Source: Dehalococcoidia bacterium (GTDB taxonomy: Bacteria > Chloroflexota > Dehalococcoidia > UBA2979). From it: a stretch of DNA of 64,000 bases. Position 1 is the first letter of the stretch. Each line of letters opens with the position of its first letter. Under the pieces are notes generated by a model, which saw nothing but the letters and a program-made list of their open reading frames with translations, did no database searches and had not been told where the DNA came from. The DNA lies in the NCBI GenBank assembly GCA_965208885.1, contig CBDBPS010000002.1, forward strand, positions 1,879,538-1,943,537. The letters are read 5' to 3'. The position numbers were made by a program, and so were the translations under genes. Positions 56,493 to 64,000 of this stretch are shown in pieces.

Positions 56493-57764
56493 ATGGCTGG
56501 CTACGAGCGCCGACAGTGGCAGGGGAGCCCGACGGGGCAAACCTACCGCGACCGGCGGCCCTGCAACTACGACACATACCTGCCGGATCCCCTCGCCGGC
56601 CGCGACTTCGCGCTCTCGGGCGAGGTCACTGCGGATGTCGCCGCGGCCGAGGCCGCGCTCGTGCGCCTCGACGAATCGGCCACCGCGCTCGCCGGCGCCC
56701 GCTCCCTCGCCCGACTGATCCTGCGAGCCGAATCGGTCGCGTCGTCTCGCATCGAAGGATTGGTGGTCGGGGGTCGGCGGCTGCTCCGTGCCGATGCGGC
56801 GCGCCGTCTCGGCAATGACCCGCGGGATCGTACGGCCGAGGAGGTGCTGGCCAACATCGACGCAATGTCGATGGGCGTCGAGACCGTGGGGCCGGGCGAC
56901 CCGATTGAGCCGGCTGTCATGCTGGAGATGCACCGCCTGCTGCTCGCCGGCACGCCGCTTGAGGAGCACGGCGGGCGACTGCGAGACCAGCAGAACTGGA
57001 TCGGAGGCTCCGGGTACAACCCGTGCGCCGCGGCGTTCGTACCGCCACCCCCCGAGATCGTGGAGGACCTGTTCGATGACCTCTGCGCCTTCGCGAGCGC
57101 CGATGCGTGGCCACCGCTGGTCCAGGCAGCGATCACACACGCGCAGTTCGAGACCATTCACCCGTTTGTGGACGGCAACGGGCGTGTGGGCCGTGCCCTG
57201 ATCCATCTGGTGCTGCGGCGCCGCGGCCTCGGGCTCCGCGTCCAGCCGCCCATCTCGCTGGTGCTGGCGACATGGTCTTCGGCCTACGTGGCCGGCCTGA
57301 CCGCGACGCGCTACGTCGGGCCGTCCGATAGCGCCGAGGCGCGCGACGGCTTCGACCGCTGGGTGGAGCTCGCCGCCGAAGCCTGCCTGCGTGCCGCGGG
57401 AGACGCTGCGCGCTTCGAGGAGCGGGTGCGGGCGCTCCAGGCGAAATGGATCGAGCGAGCCGGACCCGCGCGGCGTGACTCGGCGCTCCGCCTGCTCATC
57501 GACACGCTCCCGGAGGCACCCGTCCTGACCACGTCCGTCGCCGCGGATCTCATCGGCCGCTCGCTGCGGGCGACGACCCAGGCGATGGACCAGCTGGTGC
57601 GCGCGGGGATCCTGGTCCAGATCACGGTTGGCCGCCGCAACCGCGCGTTCGAGGCGCCGGAGCTCATCGAGGCGTTCACGGCATTCGAGCGAGGCCTCGC
57701 GAGCCCGGAGGGCAACACGGCCATCGCGGATCCCTCACGCCCGGTGCCCCAGCGGCCGAACTGA
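56493..57764 (+). CDS. Fic/Doc-family protein (AMPylase-type, with a C-terminal winged helix).
   Basis: The canonical Fic motif HPFVDGNGRVGRAL is present. The ATG is preceded by AGAGAGG. Confidence 0.85.
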   Translation: MAGYERRQWQGSPTGQTYRDRRPCNYDTYLPDPLAGRDFALSGEVTADVAAAEAALVRLDESATALAGARSLARLILRAESVASSRIEGLVVGGRRLLRADAARRLGNDPRDRTAEEVLANIDAMSMGVETVGPGDPIEPAVMLEMHRLLLAGTPLEEHGGRLRDQQNWIGGSGYNPCAAAFVPPPPEIVEDLFDDLCAFASADAWPPLVQAAITHAQFETIHPFVDGNGRVGRALIHLVLRRRGLGLRVQPPISLVLATWSSAYVAGLTATRYVGPSDSAEARDGFDRWVELAAEACLRAAGDAARFEERVRALQAKWIERAGPARRDSALRLLIDTLPEAPVLTTSVAADLIGRSLRATTQAMDQLVRAGILVQITVGRRNRAFEAPELIEAFTAFERGLASPEGNTAIADPSRPVPQRPN

Positions 57765-57826
57765 GCACGATTGCCTCGCCCCCAGAGCACCGAGGGCCAG
57801 TTTCTCACCACTCGAACAAGAGGGCT

Positions 57827-57886
57827 ATGAAGCTGCGGTCGTGCGAAAAGGGGTGCGCCAGATTGTATCTGGTGCTCTCGTTCTGA
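57827..57886 (+). CDS. Conserved 19-codon small ORF, copy 3 (MKLRSCEKGCARLYLVLSF).
   Basis: See copy 1. The element spans ~57799-57886 and lies 60 nt after the Fic stop. Confidence 0.5.
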   Translation: MKLRSCEKGCARLYLVLSF

Positions 57887-57933
57887 GTACCCGAGTTGGC
57901 TTCCGCTGAACACCCCGACAGCCAGCGCGTCGT

Positions 57934-57956
57934 GTTCGAGTCCCGGCGGGGACACC
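57934..57956 (+). other. tRNA 3'-end-like fragment (T-loop, T-stem 3' half, acceptor 3' strand, discriminator and CC). Possible att remnant.
   Basis: GTTCGAGTCCCGGCGGGGACACC has the form TTCGAGT (T-loop) + CCCGG + CGGGGAC + A + CC. No complementary 5' half or full tRNA is present. Confidence 0.3.
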
Positions 57957-58144
57957 TAACGAGACTGTACTACGAACTTTCGAACTCGTTGTGAAGCTGT
58001 AGCGTCATTCTGAGGGGTGTGCGGGTACTTTCGGCACCAGGACGCCTCGCGTGTCCCGCTCACGGGAGCATGCCTTCCGTCTCTGGAATCGCGGTCTAGG
58101 TGACCCGGCGGAACGGCGGGCGGTTAGCGCGGCCCATGGGCATA

Positions 58145-61100
58145 TCAACACTCAGATTCGTTATGGGTTTGCGCCGAGGCGCGCTCGTTTCCTTGGGCAT
58201 CGCTTGAGATCCCTGCCTGGGTCCTGATCTCGTCCAACGAAGCGATCCGGCGCCACACGTTTGAGTAGCCCTCATACGCGGTGCTGAGCCACTCGGGGCG
58301 ATCCACCGAGTAGTCAGCGAACCACACGTCCCGCTCGCCCCAGACGATCCAGACGACCTCATAGTCGTGCGCAGCGCAGTAGTCTCGGATCAGGTCCTCC
58401 CGCAAGTAGAGGAGGTGACCCGCCTCCTTGAAGTCCGACGGTGGCGCGAGCGTCACTGAGGCTCTGCGGCCTTCGGGGTCGCACCAATCTAGGCTCGCCG
58501 GCATCACACGGAGGTCCAAAGTCTCGGCGAAAGTAACCGCTGGTACCGGGTAACCTCCAGCCTCGTTCGTCACCGAGTGATAGGACTCCCATCCATAGTA
58601 ATGAGCTGGCCGCTCGATGACGACCTCATTCTCCTCTGTGGCACCAAGGGCTTCGGTGTAGATTTCCTGAAGCCTGTCACCGGGCAGGCCGAGTCGTGCA
58701 CAGTGACTCCACGTCATTTCTCCAGCGAAGACATAGTGGGCCTCGGGCAGACGGAGGGCCCAGAAACTTCCAGGGTGCTGTTGGGAAGAGAGAACCTCCC
58801 TGAGTTGATGCTCGCGACCGCGTTCGACGAGAACCGCCCTCAAGAAGCCATGGATCCTCCGTTGCGATTCGATGTCCTCCTGCCGGAGGTATCCGGACAG
58901 AGCCACCCAAGGACCGTCAGATCCATCGAGCGAGTGGGGTCGCAGTAACTCATCTGAGATATCCACCCTGCCATTGATTACCCAACTCTCCAAGTCCTCG
59001 GACTCTTCTGACAGGAACTCGGGGATCTCCAGCGTGAGCGCTGGAGGCTTCGCTGGGAAGGATGGGTCAATATCGACGTCTGTAAGGTGTACCTCACCAT
59101 CCCTTATTGGCGAGCGGCCTTCGGCAATGAGCCTGCCTGCCGCCTCAAAGAACCCGACCCAGCCGTATTTCTTCTGGTACAGCTCGATGTGGCCGTCGCG
59201 ACCACGCCGATACTCACGGTCATCCCTCATACGCCGATCAACTTCAGCAAACCGCTCGGTGCTCCAACCCAGGTCCCAGACTCGGGCCCGAATCCAGGAT
59301 GACACCTCCTCATACTCGGGGTGGTCGAATTGGTAATTGCCTCGGTGCGGCACTAGCCTTCCCACCGTGTAGTTCCGAAAATCGAGCCCGTAGACGAGAT
59401 CACGGGGCGAGTTCCTGGGATCGTCACGAGTAATGGACTCTAGCTTGTCGGCACGACTGAAGCGCCACTCGCCTGAATGGGACCCGAGCGCGTCAGGATA
59501 GTAGCGGCGAGTTATGCCGGCGATTCCTTCGACGTAGTGTCGTATCAGCCAGTGATCCGTCGGATGGGTAGCATCCTCGGCACAGAATGCCTTCCAGAGA
59601 CCCTCGATGAAATCGTCCAGCTCTTGGCCGAACTCCCGTTGCTCTCCGGGAGCCGCCATCATGACGCCGAACGAGGCGGCGAGCATGCGTTCGGGGACGT
59701 ACGGGTCGTTCGTATTCAGGCTGGACAGCGTAAGTGCGAAGAGCGCTCCAGGCTCTCCCCGCCCGTACCAGTACATAGCCAGGGTAGCGACATCTCGGAG
59801 ATCGCGTACTGTGCTCGTCAAAAGCCACTTGAGCCAGAGGGCGCACAACCGATCTCCGTCGGTGCGCTCTGCACTGGACTCCCAACTCTCGATGAGTTCT
59901 TGAAGATCCTTGAAGTGCTCCGCGTCGGAGTTCCGGATCCACTCAGTCCAACGCAGATCGCGGTCGGCGACGGACAAGCCCGAGAGTAGGTCATCGACGA
60001 ACTCGGCGTTGAGAGGATGATTGCCTGCGTCTCGGACCTCGCGGAGGCGGTATAGCAGGTCTCGCCTTCGAATCCGGGCTCGACCGTCAGATTGATGCCG
60101 GAGGGAGAGTCGGGCGATTTCAGCAACCGTTCGCTCGTCCAAGAACTGACCTTCAAGGTCCGCGGAGTCGACGATTGCTTCTTCGCGAAGATCCCCACCT
60201 ACGAGTTCCCAGAACTGCATCCCGGGGTACCTTCGAGGAACCAGTCCGGCGAATGCCTCCCGAATGTCCGGCGCTAGAGGGTGGGCTTCCTGCCTGTGCC
60301 GTCGCTGCAAGCGCTCACGCAGTGGATGCGGGATGAGTCGTGTGCCGAACCTCCGGATAAGTGAAGTGAATGAGCCCCCTCCGCCCTGTTTGGCCCCCAA
60401 GCGTGCCGCAGTCTTCTTTTCACGAACCCACGGGGCGAAATCACCACGGCCCCGTGACCTGACCAGCGCGTCCGCGATTAGGAAGCCGGCGAACCCGTCG
60501 AACAGGATCACCGTTCGAGCATCGCTGCCAGAGTCGAGGTCCACACCGAGGACGCCCTCGTCACGTAGCGCCCGCGCGAGGCTATAGGGCCAGTCCTCAG
60601 CGTTTTCGCCTATCAAGTTGCGAATCTCGTCGAATGGCATTGCTCGACGGTTCGTGTTCCAAAGCGCCAAAGCGATCGTGTCTAGCGTCTTGAGGATGTC
60701 TGGTTCGTAGCGACGTACCCCGCTTCGTGTGTTCGCGATCCGCCTTACAGTATTCCTTCGGAATTCAATGAATGCGGCCGTGAGCGAGGCTGGCACTCGG
60801 TCAGGAGCTACTCGGGAATCGCGCGTTGGGTTCGTTGCTTCGCAGAAGATTCTGAGGAATAGTGGGTCACTAAACTGCTCCATGGGGAGGCGTACGTTAC
60901 CGCGATCGATCTTGTATTCGTCAAAGTAGGCTTCGACCGCATCCTCCCTCAGAGTGCGACTGAAGCCCTGGACTTCCAACTTCGCAAAACCATCTGGCAG
61001 CGCGATCTGAGCCACCGCCGGCCTGAGTGTCACAATCAGGACGACGTGATGAAGACCTCGTAGTATCGGTTCGATTCGAGACAACTCCTCCTTCCAGCTG

Positions 61101-62359
61101 GCCGGATCCTCCGATTCGTTTAGGCCGTCAACGACGATCGGCAACCGGATTCCGGCTCGAGCTCCCGCAGCCTCGACTGCCTCTAGAAGTTGCACAAACG
61201 ACTCGGCTCGAATGCCATCGAGCCGAGCCAGGAGTTCGTTCAGAGTCCCTCGACGCGAGAGTGGCCAGGCCTCGAGGTAGATCCCGCACGAAGAACTGTC
61301 GCCAGCCGCGGTCACGGCCGCCCCTAGGTGAGTCTTCCCGGCATGAGCGGGCCCGACCACCGCCATGCTGGTGATGGACAGGTACTGCTGCAGTCGATGA
61401 AAGAGAACTCCCGAATCGTGCTGGCGAGCCAGTCCGGCTTGCACGGCAAAAGCACAATGTTCGCGCCCCCGCCGGAGTTGCCGTGCCAGCCGTCGTCCCT
61501 CCGCCCGAGTCAGCCGAGGAGTCCACTCAGAGGAAGTGATCTGGATCGCCCCCGCGATGCTGCGCTGGGTAAGCGCGCTGGCGATGTCGATGAAGTTCTC
61601 GCGTAGATCACGGAGGTCATCGGCGAGCAGCGAGACCGCTTCGCGGTTATCCCCTTCCAACTCGGTGGTAGCCCCACCCAGCTGATCGAGCGACACTTCT
61701 AGTCCCCTGATCTGCTCCTCAACCTCGGGCCAGTACTCTGGTTCACCGAGGACCTTGCGAATCTCACCCTCGGCTTCCACCCGAATATGGACGCCAGGCA
61801 TCCATCGGTTGCGAATCGGCTCGATGGACTGCTCGCGCAGCGTTTGCAGACGGTCTGGGGTAAGGATGAGATCGCCGAAGTACGTGCTCCGTAGGATTTC
61901 CGCTTCGCCCACAAGATGTGCGTCAAGGTCGTCTGCAGTCCAAAGATGCAATTGCATAGACGTTTCGATCTCGCGGAACCACTTCTGATCTGTGGGTGTG
62001 AGCGGGCGCCTAGTCCACAGGACCCAGTCGGTGATTCCGGGAACGTACTCTGCTGTCTTGCGTATTGCCTCGAGTATTTCCGTTCTTCGTCGAGTGCCGA
62101 TCTGGTCTCCACTAGGCAGGTCGTACCACCGACATTGCCAACCCCACCAGCGCCCCGGCTCGCCGAGCGTCGTCGAAGACCGAGCCACCTTCATGTGGAA
62201 CTCGACGCCCGGCTGTTGAGCGACATATCGAAGGCTCCCGAGTGATCCGAAGCTCCGTCGGACCACGGCTCCGCAGAGCCGCTCCCAATTCGCGGTGACG
62301 GCCCCCGGGAGATTCGTGAACGCCTCCCAGTCCAGTTCAGGCATGGGCCACTTCTCCAA
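58145..62359 (-). CDS. Large NACHT-like STAND NTPase (1404 aa) with an unknown N-terminal ~300-aa domain and a long C-terminal region.
   Basis: Walker A reads MAVVGPAHAGKTHLGAAV. The NACHT-type Walker B reads LPIVVDGLNESED. The N-terminal region WERLCGAVVRRSFG...GVEFHMKV...WGWQCRWYD may be Mrr-like PD-(D/E)xK (uncertain). Confidence 0.65.
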   Translation of the reverse strand: MEKWPMPELDWEAFTNLPGAVTANWERLCGAVVRRSFGSLGSLRYVAQQPGVEFHMKVARSSTTLGEPGRWWGWQCRWYDLPSGDQIGTRRRTEILEAIRKTAEYVPGITDWVLWTRRPLTPTDQKWFREIETSMQLHLWTADDLDAHLVGEAEILRSTYFGDLILTPDRLQTLREQSIEPIRNRWMPGVHIRVEAEGEIRKVLGEPEYWPEVEEQIRGLEVSLDQLGGATTELEGDNREAVSLLADDLRDLRENFIDIASALTQRSIAGAIQITSSEWTPRLTRAEGRRLARQLRRGREHCAFAVQAGLARQHDSGVLFHRLQQYLSITSMAVVGPAHAGKTHLGAAVTAAGDSSSCGIYLEAWPLSRRGTLNELLARLDGIRAESFVQLLEAVEAAGARAGIRLPIVVDGLNESEDPASWKEELSRIEPILRGLHHVVLIVTLRPAVAQIALPDGFAKLEVQGFSRTLREDAVEAYFDEYKIDRGNVRLPMEQFSDPLFLRIFCEATNPTRDSRVAPDRVPASLTAAFIEFRRNTVRRIANTRSGVRRYEPDILKTLDTIALALWNTNRRAMPFDEIRNLIGENAEDWPYSLARALRDEGVLGVDLDSGSDARTVILFDGFAGFLIADALVRSRGRGDFAPWVREKKTAARLGAKQGGGGSFTSLIRRFGTRLIPHPLRERLQRRHRQEAHPLAPDIREAFAGLVPRRYPGMQFWELVGGDLREEAIVDSADLEGQFLDERTVAEIARLSLRHQSDGRARIRRRDLLYRLREVRDAGNHPLNAEFVDDLLSGLSVADRDLRWTEWIRNSDAEHFKDLQELIESWESSAERTDGDRLCALWLKWLLTSTVRDLRDVATLAMYWYGRGEPGALFALTLSSLNTNDPYVPERMLAASFGVMMAAPGEQREFGQELDDFIEGLWKAFCAEDATHPTDHWLIRHYVEGIAGITRRYYPDALGSHSGEWRFSRADKLESITRDDPRNSPRDLVYGLDFRNYTVGRLVPHRGNYQFDHPEYEEVSSWIRARVWDLGWSTERFAEVDRRMRDDREYRRGRDGHIELYQKKYGWVGFFEAAGRLIAEGRSPIRDGEVHLTDVDIDPSFPAKPPALTLEIPEFLSEESEDLESWVINGRVDISDELLRPHSLDGSDGPWVALSGYLRQEDIESQRRIHGFLRAVLVERGREHQLREVLSSQQHPGSFWALRLPEAHYVFAGEMTWSHCARLGLPGDRLQEIYTEALGATEENEVVIERPAHYYGWESYHSVTNEAGGYPVPAVTFAETLDLRVMPASLDWCDPEGRRASVTLAPPSDFKEAGHLLYLREDLIRDYCAAHDYEVVWIVWGERDVWFADYSVDRPEWLSTAYEGYSNVWRRIASLDEIRTQAGISSDAQGNERASAQTHNESEC

Positions 62360-62365
62360 GTGTCA

Positions 62366-62773
62366 CTACGGTCGGGGTGGGCCCTCGTCCGGGTAATGAT
62401 GCGCTGAGTACACCTCCACGCGGGCGGGACTGTCGATCATGAATCTCAGGAAGCCGCTCACGGTCGACTCATCAGTTGATATCCGCAGTTCATCGTCCAC
62501 GCGTCGCACTGTATGTTCCGAGCTGAGGCTCTCGATGTCCTCAGGGGAGAAGTTGTACAAGCCAAGTTTCCTGAGGTTCTCGACCAACGGATCATTGAGG
62601 TACCACGCCATCGGGTTCTCGTGGAACCTGTCGTAGTCATAATTCTCGACGACGAGCTCACAGAGCTCTTCCAGCTGCCTCCTCACGGACTCAGCCTTCT
62701 CAGCAGTTTCGAAGTGGCCAATCATCCTCAAGTTGGCCGAGTGCTCCGAGCCGAACCCTGTCCAGACCTTCAT
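62366..62773 (-). CDS. Hypothetical ~135-aa protein between the radical SAM and NTPase genes. The likely start is the ATG overlapping the upstream stop (ATGA).
   Basis: MKVWTGFGSEHSANLRMIGHFETAEK... The ORF is open from 62872, but the ATG at ~62773 overlaps the radical SAM stop. It ends 6 nt before the NTPase start. Confidence 0.45.
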   Translation of the reverse strand: MKVWTGFGSEHSANLRMIGHFETAEKAESVRRQLEELCELVVENYDYDRFHENPMAWYLNDPLVENLRKLGLYNFSPEDIESLSSEHTVRRVDDELRISTDESTVSGFLRFMIDSPARVEVYSAHHYPDEGPPRP

Positions 62774-63672
62774 GCTGGTTCTCCTGTTTGGCTGCGAAGC
62801 TCGTCCAGCGCAGCCCGGACCGACGCTCGCACGTGGACACCACTCGCTGAGAACGAGGACGATCGAAGCCAACTCGATGCGTCGATGTGGGCGTAGGCAC
62901 TGGCACGGTTCCCCCCACGAAACGGATCTGCGATGGGAATGCCGTCCACCGGCGCTGCCTCAGATATCGCTAGGCGGTACTGACCGTTGTTCTCGATCCA
63001 GCGAGTAAGAGCCTCCGAACTGGCAGAGTCCATGCCCCCGATGCCTGCGACTGCACGCTCGGGCAGCAGCAGCATCTCGAACGCCCCGTGTCCAAATGCT
63101 ATCTCAGCGGCGGCGTCAAGGTCCTGGATCGTCTCGGCGTTGATGACGTAGTTCACCCCGAATGGCGCGGTCGCGCGCAAGAGCCGTAGCTTATCGAGGA
63201 ATGCAGCGAAGCTGCGCCCACGGATGCGCTCGTACGTCGCGCCTACGCCATCCATGGATACGCGCACGAAGTGGACAGCCCCCTCGATCTTCTCGGCCAA
63301 TTCCTCGGTGACGCGGTGGGCGTGAGTAGTGAAGGAGACAGCCAACTGCGTCTCCGCCGCGACGCGGCCAGTCAGCAGCGCGAAGTGCGGGTGCAGAGTT
63401 GGTTCGCCGCCGCCGAAACCGACTCCGAGGCACCCGCCCGCGTCCAGTTCCGTCGCCCAAGCGACGACGGAATCGACATCCAGACGAGCGGGGTGCTTGG
63501 GGGCATAGCAGAATCGGCACTGTAGATCACAAGCGTTCGTCAGCGCGATCGATACGAATCTCGGTGCCCAGTCATAGTCGTCCCGATGTACTTCGACTTC
63601 GTCCAGCAGGACATTGAGCCCGGTCGCACGGTCGAAGAAGTGGACACCGCTTTGGTCTCGTCTGACCTTCAT
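62770..63672 (-). CDS. Radical SAM enzyme (~300 aa) with viperin-like motifs.
   Basis: The CxxxCxxC motif reads ALTNACDLQCRFCYAPK. The SAM motif reads GFGGGEPTL. VRVSMDGVGATYERIRGR and FGVNYVINAE parallel viperin LAISCDSFDEEVNVLIGR and FKINSVINRFN. Confidence 0.7.
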   Translation of the reverse strand: MKVRRDQSGVHFFDRATGLNVLLDEVEVHRDDYDWAPRFVSIALTNACDLQCRFCYAPKHPARLDVDSVVAWATELDAGGCLGVGFGGGEPTLHPHFALLTGRVAAETQLAVSFTTHAHRVTEELAEKIEGAVHFVRVSMDGVGATYERIRGRSFAAFLDKLRLLRATAPFGVNYVINAETIQDLDAAAEIAFGHGAFEMLLLPERAVAGIGGMDSASSEALTRWIENNGQYRLAISEAAPVDGIPIADPFRGGNRASAYAHIDASSWLRSSSFSASGVHVRASVRAALDELRSQTGEPA

Positions 63673-64000
63673 TCGCTCGGTTCTCCGCGTGTGTCCCGTA
63701 ATCGCTCCTCGACGCTAGCGACGCGCGTCGCCAGAGCGACGGATGGGGCCGGATACGTGCGGGGGAGTACGCGACTCTCATTCTATCAGCGATCAGCCTA
63801 TGCCGATCTGAGGTGCGCGCTCGCAGTCGCCATCTCACCAAGGGCTTCCCCTCCGCTCGGAAGCCGCGAGTGAGCCACTGCGGCCCAGTGATTGCTCCCG
63901 GTGTAGGCCCCCACCGACCTCTCCTACAGGTCGAGTTCCCGCAGAAACGCAGGGTGGGGTCTCCGCGCCCCAGGGGGTCCGGACGTCACCCGCTTCACAG

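Noticed and set aside
63890-64000. Segment with GGTCGAGTTCCCGCAG resembling the tRNA-like 23-mer at 57934, considered as a second att copy or a tRNA at the window edge.
   Set aside because: I could not fold it into a cloverleaf on either strand, the similarity is short, and the window ends here.

Overview
This is a high-GC bacterial window with two distinct halves. Positions ~1-35,000 hold four paralogous giant genes (2,000-3,500 aa each) encoding secreted or surface proteins. Each is built from FN3, cadherin-like, Calx-beta and PPC-type beta-sandwich repeats plus a different enzyme-like head. Two carry a furin/kexin-like S8 protease with a P-domain. One carries a PEP-utilizer/rifampicin-phosphotransferase-like ATP-grasp plus swivel-His unit. 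One carries an arylsulfotransferase-like propeller. All four end in the same ~550-aa C-terminal module: Gly-rich linker, 'WSDG' propeller-like blades, a cadherin-like sandwich, and a tandem pair of ~80-aa two-Cys 'CLRG' domains I cannot assign to any named sorting signal. The module is nearly identical at the nucleotide level between the four genes. Around these genes are a lipoprotein GTGA-coupled to one protease, a truncated tyrosine integrase, a truncated N-terminal fragment of a fifth protease-type gene, and an IS256 relic. Positions ~35,000-64,000 are a decayed mosaic of defence-type cassettes. First comes an N-terminally truncated large serine recombinase. Next is an XRE/ImmA (CapH/CapP-like) regulator pair divergent from a ubiquitin-like / E2-E1 fusion / Cys-rich protein / membrane protein operon, with a perfect 10-bp inverted-repeat operator between them. 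Then an AbiEi/AbiEii pair and an orphan AbiEi-like gene, whose bidirectional promoter is duplicated 11 kb away. Then a putative PD-(D/E)xK protein, an IS481-type relic with terminal inverted repeats (TIRs), and a translationally coupled unknown-PLD-SNF2-like helicase operon. Then an IstB relic, an AlbA_2/Schlafen-like protein and a Fic protein. The window ends with a viperin-like radical SAM / 133-aa protein / NACHT-like STAND NTPase operon. A conserved ~88-nt element encoding a 19-aa peptide (MKLRSCEKGCARLYLALSF) occurs three times at cassette junctions and differs between copies mostly by synonymous changes. No rRNA, complete tRNA or CRISPR array was found. All calls come from reading motifs by eye. 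Coordinates derived from my own indexing may be off by 1-2 nt.
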